A DNA stretch of 64,000 nt from NCBI GenBank assembly GCA_035552195.1, contig DASZLU010000145.1, forward strand, positions 1,052-65,051, read 5' to 3'. Origin of the DNA: Stellaceae bacterium. GTDB taxonomy: Bacteria; Pseudomonadota; Alphaproteobacteria; ATCC43930; CGMCC-115725. Of the stretch, positions 1 to 9,322 are shown one piece after another; the first letter of the stretch is position 1, and each line of letters starts with the position of its first letter. Both the position numbers and the translations under genes were made by a program. The notes under the pieces were generated by a model. It was not told the origin of the DNA, ran no database searches, and saw only the letters and a program-made list of their open reading frames with translations.

Positions 1-1351
1 TGGCGATCACCGAATAAAGCGGAAAGCGATTGAAGTGATAGATTGTGAACGGCGCGGTCGCGAGTGTCGTCACGATCGTCGTGAAAGCGAGGCCCAGCAC
101 GTACAGTCCGAAACGCTTGACCGGACCAGCGCCGCGATGCCACGCGCTGAGCTGCGGCCGCATCGTCTCGTAAAAGGCGATGATGCAAGAGACGGCGGCG
201 AAGGACATCTGAAAGCTCGGCCCCGTGGCCGCGTCGGGCGTCATCAGCATCACGACCACCGCAGCGAGCGCGATGGCGCGCGCCGAGACGCTGACGCGAT
301 CGACGAGGATCGCGAGCAGCACCAGTCCGATCATCACGAAAGCGCGGCGCGAGGAGACGGTTGCGCCCGACAACAGCATATAGATGAACACCACTCCCAA
401 AGCACCCGACGCAGCCCATTTCTTGGTCGAGTAGTTGAGCGCGATCGCCGGGATCAATGCGAACAGCGCGCGCAACGCGAAGAACGCCGCGCCTGCGGCC
501 ATGCCCATATGCAAGCCCGCGATGACGAGGATATGCGCAAGCCCCGCATCGCGAAACGCGCCTGCATCGTCGGGGGAGATGTCATGTGTCTGGCCGGCGA
601 TGATCGCCGCGGCGATCGCGCCGGAACGCTCGGGCAATGCGACACGAATGCGCTGCGTCACCGCCGTGCGCAACGCTTCGACCGCGTGACGCCACCATGA
701 AATGCTTTCGCCCGCCGGCGGATCGATGGTCTTCGGCGCGCCGAGCGCGTAGCCGACTGCCCCCAGCCGCTGGAACCAGGCCGCGCGCTGGAAATCGTAA
801 GCGCCCGGTGTCGACGGCGCCGGCGGCGGCATCAGCATCGCGCGGAGAGTCAGCCAATCGCCGGGCACGACACCGCCATCGCCTTTGCGCAGCCGCACAC
901 GCAAGCGCGCTGGCATGCGATCGCCACCGAGATCCCCGACGTGACTGGGCGCGATCACCAGTCGCGCGCCTTCCGGCAACGGATCGACCGACACCAGCCG
1001 ACCGGTAATCTCGACCGGACCGAGGCGTCGATCGAGCACAGGCGCCGCGACCCACCACGCCTCGAATTGCGCCGCGGCAAAACCGAGTGCGACCGCGATG
1101 ATCGCACTGCATGGAATAACCCATCGCGCCAAGCGCCACGCAAGCAGGGAAATGATGCTGACCGCAGCCAGGGCCACGCCACCAATCCAACGCGCCGGCT
1201 CGTGATCGAGCATGAAAAAGATCGCGATGCCACCGCCCATCAGCACCGGCAGCCACAACGGCCAGCGTTCGCGCTCGGCCAATAGGCGTTCGCTTAGCGC
1301 GGCGATGAAAGTGCGGCGCGGTTCGAGGGCGATATCGCCGACAGTAGCCAT
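1..1351 (-). CDS. comEC: ComEC/Rec2-family competence membrane protein, N-terminal part (gene runs off the window start)
   Basis: My own translation from ATG at 1351 on the minus strand gives MATVGDIALEPRRTFIAALSERLLAERERWPLWLPVLMGGGIAIFF... It is multi-TM and later reads ..IAGQTHDISPDDAGAFRDAGLAHILVIAGLHMGM.., the ComEC GLxHxLxISGLH-type motif. The frame stays open to position 1, so it is absent from the ORF track (no stop in the window). It sits next to gltX-gltA, as in many Alphaproteobacteria. Confidence 0.7.
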   Translation of the reverse strand, partial: MATVGDIALEPRRTFIAALSERLLAERERWPLWLPVLMGGGIAIFFMLDHEPARWIGGVALAAVSIISLLAWRLARWVIPCSAIIAVALGFAAAQFEAWWVAAPVLDRRLGPVEITGRLVSVDPLPEGARLVIAPSHVGDLGGDRMPARLRVRLRKGDGGVVPGDWLTLRAMLMPPPAPSTPGAYDFQRAAWFQRLGAVGYALGAPKTIDPPAGESISWWRHAVEALRTAVTQRIRVALPERSGAIAAAIIAGQTHDISPDDAGAFRDAGLAHILVIAGLHMGMAAGAAFFALRALFALIPAIALNYSTKKWAASGALGVVFIYMLLSGATVSSRRAFVMIGLVLLAILVDRVSVSARAIALAAVVVMLMTPDAATGPSFQMSFAAVSCIIAFYETMRPQLSAWHRGAGPVKRFGLYVLGLAFTTIVTTLATAPFTIYHFNRFPLYSVIA

Positions 1352-1447
1352 GTGCCGGATTGTAGCCAACCCCGCGATTTCCGCTAACCCGGGTGAACTC
1401 TCGGCGTTATCGGGCATTAAGTGAGCAACAATGCTGGAGGAAAGCCG

Positions 1448-1669
1448 ATGACGCGCGCGCTCGCCCTGCCCTGCCTATTGCTGCTCGCTTCCTGCAGCGG
1501 CCTTACCCCCGTCGAGACCCAGGGTACAGCGTTCCAGAATCCGCAAACCGGCCAAATCGTCACCGAATGCGGCCCGATGCAGGGCTTCGAGGACGCGATC
1601 GACGAAGCCCAAAAGGGCTGCACCGATTCCTACAAATCCGCCGGCTGGCGGCCCGCACTGGCCCGGTGA
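1448..1669 (+). CDS. small lipoprotein (73 aa), unknown function
   Basis: ATG at 1448 lies 7 nt after GGAGG. The signal peptide plus lipobox reads MTRALALPCLLLLASC. The mature part is Cys-containing and hydrophilic. Confidence 0.6.
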   Translation: MTRALALPCLLLLASCSGLTPVETQGTAFQNPQTGQIVTECGPMQGFEDAIDEAQKGCTDSYKSAGWRPALAR

Positions 1670-1737
1670 CGCGTTAGGCCAAACACGACCGCGCGGCCGG
1701 AATGACCAGACCGGGCTGATGTGCTAAAGCGCGGACG

Positions 1738-3135
1738 ATGAGTGTCACCGTCCGCTTCGCGCCTTCGCCCACTGGCTTCCTGCATATCGGCGGCGCGCGT
1801 ACCGCTTTATTCAACTGGCTATTCGCCAAGCATCATGGCGGTCGCTTCCGCCTGCGTATCGAAGACACGGACCGTGCGCGCTCAACCCACGAAGCGGTTG
1901 ACGCGATCATCGACGGCATGCGCTGGCTCGAGCTCGATTGGGACGGCGAGATCGTCTTCCAGGCGCAGCAAGCCGCGCGTCACTCCGAGATCGCGCGCCA
2001 ATTGCTCGCCTCCGGCAGCGCTTATTACTGCTTCTGCACGCCGGCCGAGCTCGATGCGATGCGCGAGAAAGCGCGCGCCGAGGGACGCTCCGTGCGCTAC
2101 GACGGCACCTGGCGCGATCGCGATCCCGAGACGGCGCCGGCGGGCGTGCCGCCGGTCATTCGTCTCAAAGCGCCGCAGACCGGCGAGACCATCATCGAGG
2201 ATCGCGTGCAAGGCCGCGTCACCGTGGCCAATGAGCAGCTCGACGACCTCATCATCCTGCGCGCCGACGGCACGCCGACCTACAATCTCTCCGTTGTCGT
2301 CGACGACCACGACATGGAGATCACGCATGTCATCCGCGGCGACGATCATTTCAACAACGCATTCCGCCAGACACAGATCTATCGCGCGCTCGGCTGGGAC
2401 GTTCCGGTCTTTGCCCATGTGCCGCTGATCCACGGGCCGGACGGCGCCAAGCTCTCAAAACGGCATGGCGCGCTTGGTGTCGACGCCTATCGCGACATGG
2501 GCTACCTACCGGCGGCTTTGCGCAACTATCTGCTCCGTCTCGGCTGGAGCCACGGCGATGACGAGATCATCTCGACCGCGCAGGCGATCGAATGGTTCGA
2601 ACTCGATAGTGTCGGCCGCGCGCCGGCGCGCTTCGATTTCGTCAAGCTCGCCAATCTCAACGGCCATTACATCCGCGAAACCGACAACAAGCAGCTCGTT
2701 GCCCTCGCCGCGCCGTTCATCGAGAAGAACTTGTCGCGCGCACTGAACGACGACGAGCGCGCACGACTGGTCGCGGCGATGCCGGGCCTCAAGCCGCGCG
2801 CCAAGACCCTGGTCGAGTTGGCAAGCGCCGCGCACTTCTATGTGGCGCCGCGCCCGCTTCCCGTCGACGACAAGGCGAAGGCGCAGCTCGCGCAGGCCAA
2901 GGCGCTGATCGGCCCGCTCAGCCAAGCGCTCGCGAGCGCGGACTGGGAGGCTGCCGCGCTCGAGGCGGCGGTGCGCAACTTTGCCGAAACGCAGGGGCTT
3001 AAATTGGGTCAGGCAGCACAACCCTTGCGCGCCGCCCTGACCGGCAGCACCGCCTCACCGCCGATTTTCGACGTGATGGCCGTGCTTGGCCGTACCGAAA
3101 GCCTGGCGCGTCTCGCAGATGCGGCAACCGCGTAA
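1738..3135 (+). CDS. gltX: glutamyl-tRNA synthetase
   Basis: 465 aa. It has a class-I HIGH-type motif ([19 protein letters not shown]) and a KMSKS-type motif (KLSKRHG). Confidence 0.95.
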   Translation: MSVTVRFAPSPTGFLHIGGARTALFNWLFAKHHGGRFRLRIEDTDRARSTHEAVDAIIDGMRWLELDWDGEIVFQAQQAARHSEIARQLLASGSAYYCFCTPAELDAMREKARAEGRSVRYDGTWRDRDPETAPAGVPPVIRLKAPQTGETIIEDRVQGRVTVANEQLDDLIILRADGTPTYNLSVVVDDHDMEITHVIRGDDHFNNAFRQTQIYRALGWDVPVFAHVPLIHGPDGAKLSKRHGALGVDAYRDMGYLPAALRNYLLRLGWSHGDDEIISTAQAIEWFELDSVGRAPARFDFVKLANLNGHYIRETDNKQLVALAAPFIEKNLSRALNDDERARLVAAMPGLKPRAKTLVELASAAHFYVAPRPLPVDDKAKAQLAQAKALIGPLSQALASADWEAAALEAAVRNFAETQGLKLGQAAQPLRAALTGSTASPPIFDVMAVLGRTESLARLADAATA

Positions 3136-3224
3136 GCGGCGAATTGCCAAATAGTAGGCTGCCCTCTATTCTGATTAGGGATCGGGGTTTTGCGCCGCAG
3201 CATGCGGTAATAGGAGGCCGGGGA

Positions 3225-4538
3225 ATGGACAAGAAAACAACCAACCGCAAGACCGTCACCGTCACGGACAACGTCACCGGCAAGTCGACCGATCTGCCGT
3301 TGCTCGACGGGACGATCGGCCCGCAGGTCATGGATATTCGTAAGCTCTACAACGACCTCGGACACTTCACCTTCGATCCGGGCTTCACCGCGACCGGCAG
3401 CTGCGAATCGAAGATCACCTATATCGACGGCGACAAAGGCGAACTGCTCTATCGCGGCTATCCGATCGAACAATTGGCCGATAAGAGCGACTTCATGGAG
3501 GTCTGCTACCTCCTGCTCTACGGCGAGTTGCCGAGCCGCGATCAAAAAGACAATTTCGTCCGCACCGTCACGCACCACACCATGGTGCATGAGCAGCTGT
3601 CGCGGTTCTTCTCGGGCTTCCGTCGCGACGCACATCCGATGGCCGTGATGTGCGGCGTCGTCGGCGCGCTTTCCGCCTTCTATCACGACTCGACCGACAT
3701 CTCCGATCCGCACCAGCGGATGGTTGCCTCGCACCGCCTCATCGCGAAGATGCCGACGATCGCGGCGATGACCTACAAATACGCCCTCGGCCAGCCGTTC
3801 GTGTATCCGAAGAACGCACTCGATTACGCCGAGAACTTCCTGCACATGACCTTCGCCGTGCCGTGCGAGGAATCGAAGGTCAGCCCGACCCTCGCCAAGG
3901 CGATGGACAAGATCTTCATCCTCCATGCCGATCACGAGCAGAACGCCTCGACTTCGACCGTGCGTCTCGCCGGCTCGTCGGGCGCCAACCCGTTCGCGTG
4001 TATCGCCGCCGGGATCGCCTCGCTCTGGGGCCCGGCGCATGGCGGCGCCAACGAAGCCGTGCTGAAGATGCTGATGGAGATCGGTCACAAGGACCGCATC
4101 CCCGAATTCGTCAAACGCGCGAAGGACAAGAACGACAATTTCATGCTGATGGGCTTCGGCCATCGCGTGTACAAGAATTTCGATCCGCGCGCGAAGGTGT
4201 TGCGCGAAGCTTGCCATGAGGTGCTCGACGAACTCGGCATCCGCGACGAGCCTTTGCTCGATCTCGCGATGGAGCTCGAACGCATTGCTCTGCAAGACGA
4301 CTACTTCATCGAGAAAAAGCTCTACCCGAACGTCGATTTCTATTCGGGCATCATTCTGAAGGCGATGGGCTTCCCCACCTCGATGTTCACCGTGTTGTTC
4401 GCGATCGCCCGGACGGTCGGCTGGGTCGCGCAATGGAACGAGATGATCGAAGATCCCACGCAAAAGATCGGACGGCCGCGTCAGCTCTATACGGGGCCGA
4501 CGCAACGGAACTACGTCCCGATCAATCAGCGTGGCTGA
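3225..4538 (+). CDS. gltA: citrate synthase
   Basis: The citrate synthase signature [16 protein letters not shown] is present. I moved the start to ATG 3225 (MDKKTTN..), which follows TAGGAGG at 3211-3217. The track ORF starts at 3144. Confidence 0.95.
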   Translation: MDKKTTNRKTVTVTDNVTGKSTDLPLLDGTIGPQVMDIRKLYNDLGHFTFDPGFTATGSCESKITYIDGDKGELLYRGYPIEQLADKSDFMEVCYLLLYGELPSRDQKDNFVRTVTHHTMVHEQLSRFFSGFRRDAHPMAVMCGVVGALSAFYHDSTDISDPHQRMVASHRLIAKMPTIAAMTYKYALGQPFVYPKNALDYAENFLHMTFAVPCEESKVSPTLAKAMDKIFILHADHEQNASTSTVRLAGSSGANPFACIAAGIASLWGPAHGGANEAVLKMLMEIGHKDRIPEFVKRAKDKNDNFMLMGFGHRVYKNFDPRAKVLREACHEVLDELGIRDEPLLDLAMELERIALQDDYFIEKKLYPNVDFYSGIILKAMGFPTSMFTVLFAIARTVGWVAQWNEMIEDPTQKIGRPRQLYTGPTQRNYVPINQRG

Positions 4539-4558
4539 TCCCAGCCGCGAGCCCGGCG

Positions 4559-4591
4559 CGCCGGCGCAGGCCCCTTCGGGCCGCGCCGGCG
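4559..4591 (+). terminator. GC-rich stem-loop downstream of gltA (no U-tract)
   Basis: Nested inverted repeat: cgccggcgc-a-ggccc-cttc-gggcc-gcgccggcg. It begins 21 nt after the gltA stop. Confidence 0.4.
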
Positions 4592-4797
4592 TCTGGCTGC
4601 GTGCTGGCCGGCCGCCACGTCCGGCGAACGACAATCGATTTCCTCGCCTCAAGCAACTTGCCCGCCTGACGCCGCTCCTCGTGGCGATCGCGCTCCTCGC
4701 CTGGGCGCTGATCCACGCGTTCCGCGCCTTCTAGAGGCCTACCCTTCGCGGGCAAGCTTTACGCCCCGTTAACCATAATCGCCTAGCGTTCGGGAGC

Positions 4798-5778
4798 ATG
4801 ACGGTCCCGAACAATCCTTTTCCGGCGCTGGCGCGTGCGGTCGACCCTGCGGTCGTGCGCAGCATCCGCCAGGCGAGCCAATCGACCTCAGCCGATTTCG
4901 GTCTGCTGATGGCCCAGGCGCAGCGGGAAAGCGGCTTCCGCGCCGATGCCAAGTCCTCGACCAGCAGCGCCGCCGGCCTCTTCCAGTTCGTTGATTCCAC
5001 TTGGCTCGATATGGTCCATCGCTTCGGCGACAAATACGGCGTCGGCGACCTTGCCCAGCAGATCACGCAGACCGGCAGCGGCAAACTTACCGTCTCGGAC
5101 GCGAGCATTAAGCAAAAGATTCTCGATCTGCGCCAGGACCCGACGATCTCGGCCAATCTCGCGGCGGAATACGTCAAGCAGAACCAGAGCGAGATGGAGC
5201 AGGCGCTGGGCCGGCCGCTATCGCGCGGCGATCTCTACATGGCGCATTTCCTCGGCGCCGGCGGCGCCACGCAATTCCTCAAGGCGCTCGACAGCAAGGG
5301 CGGCACACCTGCCGCCCAATTGTTGCCGGATGCCGCTGCCGCCAATCCCAGCATCTTCTACGATGGCGCGGGCCACGCCAAATCGGTGCGCGATATCTAT
5401 CAATCCGTCGCGTCCAAGATCGAGAAGGACGCCGACGCCTTTGCCGGCGACGCACCGATGATGGCATCTGCGTCATCCACTGCGCCGAGCAAAGCTTTCA
5501 CCATTGCCTCGGTGGCCGAGACACTCGGCCTCAAAGACGTCGCGTCCGCTCTCGGCGCTGGATCAGCCACGGGTTCCGGTTCAAGCGCAGGCTTCTCTTC
5601 GCTCGGTCATACCGTCGACTTCTCGGGCGTGAAGCTATCGGCGCCGATGATTCAGATGCTCAACGTCGTCGCACTCGCGGCACTCAAAATGACCGACGAC
5701 AACGGCGACGCTCGGCCCGCGTCGCACGCTCCTGCTCCAGCCCGCCCGGCCGCCGCGCGCGCCGAGCACTCGACCTAA
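4798..5778 (+). CDS. lytic transglycosylase (SLT domain) protein with Ala/Ser-rich C-terminal half
   Basis: The catalytic ..QAQRESGFRADA.. and ..AAGLFQFVDSTW.. motifs of family-1 lytic transglycosylases are present. GGGAG lies upstream of the ATG. Confidence 0.8.
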   Translation: MTVPNNPFPALARAVDPAVVRSIRQASQSTSADFGLLMAQAQRESGFRADAKSSTSSAAGLFQFVDSTWLDMVHRFGDKYGVGDLAQQITQTGSGKLTVSDASIKQKILDLRQDPTISANLAAEYVKQNQSEMEQALGRPLSRGDLYMAHFLGAGGATQFLKALDSKGGTPAAQLLPDAAAANPSIFYDGAGHAKSVRDIYQSVASKIEKDADAFAGDAPMMASASSTAPSKAFTIASVAETLGLKDVASALGAGSATGSGSSAGFSSLGHTVDFSGVKLSAPMIQMLNVVALAALKMTDDNGDARPASHAPAPARPAAARAEHST

Positions 5779-5820
5779 ATTTCTCAGCATTTTCCGGCGA
5801 CGGAAACGCGGGGGCTCAGA

Positions 5821-5849
5821 TTGACCCGCGCGGGGCTCGCTTCTATTGT
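5821..5849 (+). promoter_or_regulatory. sigma70-like promoter for the tRNA locus
   Basis: TTGACC-N17-TATTGT, about 15 nt upstream of the tRNA-like remnant and 100 nt upstream of tRNA-Lys. Confidence 0.45.
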
Positions 5850-5864
5850 GCGGAACCTTCGCAA

Positions 5865-5938
5865 GAGCCCGTCGCTCAGCCGGTAGAGCAATCGATTTCG
5901 CAGGAAGTCAGTTCGCTCTTAAGTCGTTGATCGGGCTC
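5865..5938 (+). pseudogene. tRNA-like remnant (intact acceptor-type stem and D-arm; anticodon and T arms do not fold)
   Basis: 74 nt. The ends GAGCCCG...CGGGCTC are perfectly complementary (7 bp). The D-arm and start of the anticodon stem (gctcagccggtagagcaatcga) nearly copy tRNA-Lys (gctcagtggtagagcaatcga). The rest cannot form anticodon or T arms. The upstream motif gggctcgcttcta is also duplicated (5833 and 5933). Confidence 0.4.
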
Positions 5939-5948
5939 GCTTCTAGGC

Positions 5949-6023
5949 GGGCCGGTAGCTCAGTGGTAGAGCAATCGACTTTTAATCGATAGGCCGAGGG
6001 TTCGACCCCCTCCCGGCCCACCA
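5949..6023 (+). tRNA. tRNA-Lys (anticodon UUU), CCA encoded
   Basis: Manual cloverleaf: gggccgg ta gctc agtggta gagc a atcga cTTTTaa tcgat aggcc gaggg ttcgacc ccctc ccggccc a cca. Confidence 0.93.
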
Positions 6024-6279
6024 ACCTTCGCTCGCGCAGCGGGGGAAGGTTGTCCTCCGAAGCCCATGGTGCGAAGCAGGTCTGTTCCCGCGACCTTCGC
6101 GCGAAGGCGCGCCGTAAGGCGACGGGCGAAGGCGGACCGGGCCCGCGCTGCGGCTGGCACGCCAGCCATACTCCCGAACAAAAGTCCCCTTGCCACGCCA
6201 TTGTCCTTGCTGACCTTGGCTTGAGTTTGCGACATTGGCTCGTTGCTGGTTCAGATCCCCAAAGGACGGACGGTGTAGC

Positions 6280-6579
6280 ATGAAAGCACGGCTGGCCTTA
6301 GTCGCCGCTCTCGCGGGCATCGGCGCCCTTGCCGTCATTCTATCGCAAACCGGGTTTCATCCCATCGCAGCCGCCCATGCCGAATGCGAGCCCGGCACGC
6401 GTATCGATAAGACGACGGCTGACCAGATCCGCGCTCGCCTGATCAAATCTGGTTATAAAAACCCGCTTCACCTGCGCAAAGGCTGCGACAACACTTGGCA
6501 CGGCATCGCCACGAAGGGCGATGCCCAGATCAGTGTCGCGGTCACCGCGGATGGGCACATCGTCGAGGAAGGCGATTGA
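6280..6579 (+). CDS. small secreted PepSY-like domain protein
   Basis: Signal peptide MKARLALVAALAGIGALAVIL. The C-terminal part (..GYKNPLHLRKGCDNTWHGIATKGDAQISVAVTADGHIVEEGD) follows the PepSY-type pattern. The start was moved to ATG 6280. Confidence 0.5.
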   Translation: MKARLALVAALAGIGALAVILSQTGFHPIAAAHAECEPGTRIDKTTADQIRARLIKSGYKNPLHLRKGCDNTWHGIATKGDAQISVAVTADGHIVEEGD

Positions 6580-6581
6580 AC

Positions 6582-6971
6582 ATGCGGCTCGTCCCCGTTT
6601 CTCGCTTCGTTGCTTTACTTCTGCTGACCGCGCTCGCGGCCTGCACGGGCTCGAGCCTCAATCAGCCGCGCAGCTATCTCGTCTATTTCGACAACGACAG
6701 CGCGACGCTGACGCCCGACGCTCAGCGGATCATCGGTACGATCGTGACAGGCATCAAAGACACCTCGCCGTCTAAAGTCGCGATCGCCGGCCGCGCCGAC
6801 GGCAGCACCGCCCATGACGCGACGCTCGCCGATCAGCGCGCCGTCGCTGTGATGCAGGCGCTGACCCAGCAAGGCGTTTCCGCGAGCAAGCTCGAGAAAG
6901 AAGCCGATGCTCCCCCGAGCGGCGTCAACGGCGTCGCTGCGCATCAGGTCGTCGTCACGCTCGTGCCGTGA
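6582..6971 (+). CDS. OmpA-like (peptidoglycan-binding) lipoprotein
   Basis: Lipobox LLTALAAC. The OmpA C-like core reads YFDNDSATLTPDAQRII...VAIAGRADGSTAHDATLADQRAVAV. ATG 6582 follows the PepSY gene stop by 2 nt. Confidence 0.75.
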   Translation: MRLVPVSRFVALLLLTALAACTGSSLNQPRSYLVYFDNDSATLTPDAQRIIGTIVTGIKDTSPSKVAIAGRADGSTAHDATLADQRAVAVMQALTQQGVSASKLEKEADAPPSGVNGVAAHQVVVTLVP

Positions 6972-7035
6972 TCGAAGTTCCGTGGCGGGTGCCGGGCGGC
7001 GCACGTGAGCGGCGCCCTCATGAGCGACGTCTCGT

Positions 7036-7608
7036 ATGAATATGAATAATGCGGGCGAGATCGCTGCGCCGCGCGAAGGCTTCGACGGGCTCGTCGACCT
7101 TTATGTCGCTTTCATGCAGATCAGCCTCTCGGGTTTCGGCGGCGCGATCAATTGGGCTCATCAAGCGCTCGTGACGCAGCGCCGCTGGATGAATGACGAG
7201 GATTTCACCGAAACGCTGAGCCTCTGCCAATTCCTGCCCGGCCCGAACATCGTCAATTTTGCTATGTGCCTGGGTCAGCGCCAGCATGGGCTTTCCGGGT
7301 CCCTCGCCGCGCTCGCCGGGGTCTTCTCGGTGCCGCTTCTCATCTTCATCCTCCTCGGCTTTCTCTATTCCGAATTCGGTCAGATCGCTTTCATTCATGG
7401 CTTCCTGAGCGGCATCTCCGCAGCCGCCGCGGGCTTCATCATCGCGATCGGCGTCAGGCTCGCGCAGCCGCATCGGCGGCGCCCGGTGTCGATGCTGGTC
7501 GGCGCCGCCGCATTTCTCGGCGTCGGCATTTTGCGTTTTCCACTGGTCGACGTGATGCTCGTGCTTGCGCCGCTCAGCGTCGCTATTGCATGGTGGCGTC
7601 AATCGTGA
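7036..7608 (+). CDS. chrA: chromate-ion transporter (CHR) family, short-chain partner 1
   Basis: 190 aa and hydrophobic. It carries the CHR motifs ..ISLSGFGGAINW.. and ..FLPGPNIVNF.., and is paired with a second half-size CHR gene. Confidence 0.75.
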   Translation: MNMNNAGEIAAPREGFDGLVDLYVAFMQISLSGFGGAINWAHQALVTQRRWMNDEDFTETLSLCQFLPGPNIVNFAMCLGQRQHGLSGSLAALAGVFSVPLLIFILLGFLYSEFGQIAFIHGFLSGISAAAAGFIIAIGVRLAQPHRRRPVSMLVGAAAFLGVGILRFPLVDVMLVLAPLSVAIAWWRQS

Positions 7609-7633
7609 ACGGGCCAATCGTGGAAGACCGGAC

Positions 7634-8164
7634 GTGAATACCGGCAGCGTCCTCTGGCAGATGGCGGCGCGTTTCGCGCTGTTGTCGCTCCTCTCCTTCG
7701 GCGGCGTGAATGTCATTCTGCCTGACGCGCATCGTTTCGTCGTCGACACGCAGCATTGGCTGACGGATCAACAATTCGCCGATTTCTTCGCCATCGCGCA
7801 GGCGGCGCCGGGACCTAATTTCCTGCTTTTCGCGCTCATCGGCTGGCATGTCGCGGGCGTACTCGGCGCCATCACCGCGACGCTCGCGGTGATCGTTCCG
7901 GCGGGCACGCTGGCTTTCCTCGTTGGCGGCCTCTGGCACCGTTTCCGCAACGCGCCATGGCGCCGCGCGATGCAGACGGGCCTCGCGCCGGTTACCATCG
8001 GCCTGATCTTTTCCTCCGCTTTGGTCTTGAGCGTCGCCGCCGATCACGATTACCTGACCTTCGCGGTCACGGTCATCACGGCAGTGGTCGCGCTCGGCAC
8101 CAAGTTCAATCCACTCTGGCTCTTTCTCGCTGCCGGCGTGCTCGGCATCTTCGTGATGAGTTAA
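7634..8164 (+). CDS. chrA: chromate-ion transporter (CHR) family, short-chain partner 2
   Basis: Motifs ..LLSFGGVNVILPD.. and ..AQAAPGPNFLLF.. are present. A GTG at 7634 is chosen as the start; the track start 7565 overlaps the upstream gene. Confidence 0.7.
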   Translation: MNTGSVLWQMAARFALLSLLSFGGVNVILPDAHRFVVDTQHWLTDQQFADFFAIAQAAPGPNFLLFALIGWHVAGVLGAITATLAVIVPAGTLAFLVGGLWHRFRNAPWRRAMQTGLAPVTIGLIFSSALVLSVAADHDYLTFAVTVITAVVALGTKFNPLWLFLAAGVLGIFVMS

Positions 8165-8177
8165 AGGAGAAAACGCG

Positions 8178-8657
8178 ATGGACACGCTTATACCGCTTGC
8201 CGAAAAAGCCGCCGCGTTGCTGCGCGTCAAGAAGCAGCGCATCGCCATCGCGGAATCGTCGACCGGTGGGCTGATAGCCAGCGCGCTGCTCGGCATGCCC
8301 GGCGCTTCGGATTACTTCCTCGGTGGCGCCGTCGTCTATACGGTTAAGTCGCGTCTCGTCTTTCTCGGCCTTGGTGAGGCCGACCTCGCTGGCCTGCGGC
8401 CATCGACTGAGGCTTACGCATTGCTCGCCGCGCGGCGCGTGCGCGAGCGCTTCGAGGCCGATTGGGCGATCGGCGAGACCGGCGCCGCCGGGCCGACCGG
8501 CAATCGCTACGGCGACGCACCCGGTCATAGCTGCATCGCAATCGTCGGTGCGACGGAGCGCGCCGTCACCATCGAGACGCGGCAGAGCGATCGCATCGGG
8601 AATATGCGCACCTTCGCGGCCGCCGCGCTGAAGCTTCTCGCCGAAACCTTGGCGTGA
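8178..8657 (+). CDS. CinA C-terminal domain / PncC-like nicotinamide-nucleotide amidohydrolase family protein
   Basis: 159 aa. The motif ..RIAIAESSTGGLIASALL.. is characteristic of the CinA_C/PncC domain. Confidence 0.75.
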   Translation: MDTLIPLAEKAAALLRVKKQRIAIAESSTGGLIASALLGMPGASDYFLGGAVVYTVKSRLVFLGLGEADLAGLRPSTEAYALLAARRVRERFEADWAIGETGAAGPTGNRYGDAPGHSCIAIVGATERAVTIETRQSDRIGNMRTFAAAALKLLAETLA

Positions 8658-8692
8658 CGCGTCGGGGCCTACTGTGTCGGGGGCGTGACGCG

Positions 8693-9211
8693 TTAAACTG
8701 CGGCGTTCGTCGTTTTCTTCAACAATTCGCGCGATGCCGGATTGTCCATGCCGCGCATCGTGCGGCTCCTGATGCGCCAGCCTTCCGGCGTGCGCTGCAA
8801 CTCCCACCGATTGGCGGAGAGGCGCAGCACCCGAAAGCCTTTCGATGTGCCATGCGCCGAAAGCTCGAAAGGCTTGCCATCAGGATCAGCGGCGAGGATC
8901 TGGAGATAAGAGGTCGCGACTGCGCGATCACCGTCGATCGCGATATGTGGCAGACCAGCGAAGTGGCAGATGCCCTGACGCTGCGCTTCGGTGAAGCCCG
9001 GCGTATTGAGCACGCCGATCATCGATTCATAGGGTTTGGGCTGCCCGGCCGCATCGACGGTACCGTCCGCGAGCCAGAAGGATTCGGCAAAATCATGCGA
9101 TGCGCTGTCGGCACCCGGCGGATGCGCGGCGACGAGATTGAGTATCTCGAGCCGATCTTCGATCGCCTGTATGCGCTGCTCGAGGCTGCGGTTTTTGCTC
9201 GCGTCGGTCAT
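8693..9211 (-). CDS. SnoaL-like / NTF2-fold protein
   Basis: ATG at 9211 (MTDASKNRSLEQRIQAIEDRLEILNL..) is preceded by GGAGGGAGAGG. The helix followed by a cone-like beta region is typical of SnoaL_4-type proteins. The track ORF (to 9616) over-extends into the mntH 5' end. Confidence 0.55.
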   Translation of the reverse strand: MTDASKNRSLEQRIQAIEDRLEILNLVAAHPPGADSASHDFAESFWLADGTVDAAGQPKPYESMIGVLNTPGFTEAQRQGICHFAGLPHIAIDGDRAVATSYLQILAADPDGKPFELSAHGTSKGFRVLRLSANRWELQRTPEGWRIRSRTMRGMDNPASRELLKKTTNAAV

Positions 9212-9322
9212 ATCCTCTCCCTCCTGATCTTTTGTCCTCTGATCCCCTAGAGGCCGCGACATTATAGCGTTATCGCCACTGGTGCCGAGATCGGCCACAA
9301 TGCGCCGCGGATAAGAAAAGCA

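Noticed and set aside
35-1285. Several 100-220-aa ORFs in both strands at the window start (track entries 35-700, 582-1256, 637-1008 and others)
   Set aside because: All are alternative frames of the comEC coding region. The frame opened at ATG 1351 (-) gives a continuous multi-TM ComEC-like protein through to position 1.
3009-4652. 547-aa minus-strand ORF antisense to gltA
   Set aside because: It is a shadow ORF opposite a citrate synthase with its signature motif. It has no recognisable motifs and an Arg-rich composition.
4531-4734. 67-aa plus-strand ORF after gltA with a hydrophobic C-terminus (..LTPLLVAIALLAWALIHAFRAF)
   Set aside because: Its start overlaps the gltA stop region and the terminator-like hairpin. 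It has no Shine-Dalgarno and its first 40 residues are Arg/Pro/Ala filler. A short TM peptide cannot be excluded but is not supportable.
9212-9322. Mur/Fur box or Mn-riboswitch upstream of mntH
   Set aside because: I looked for a TGCA-type palindrome or a yybP-ykoY-like structure. Only a weak imperfect repeat (attatagcgttatcg) is present, which is not convincing without a matrix or covariance-model search.
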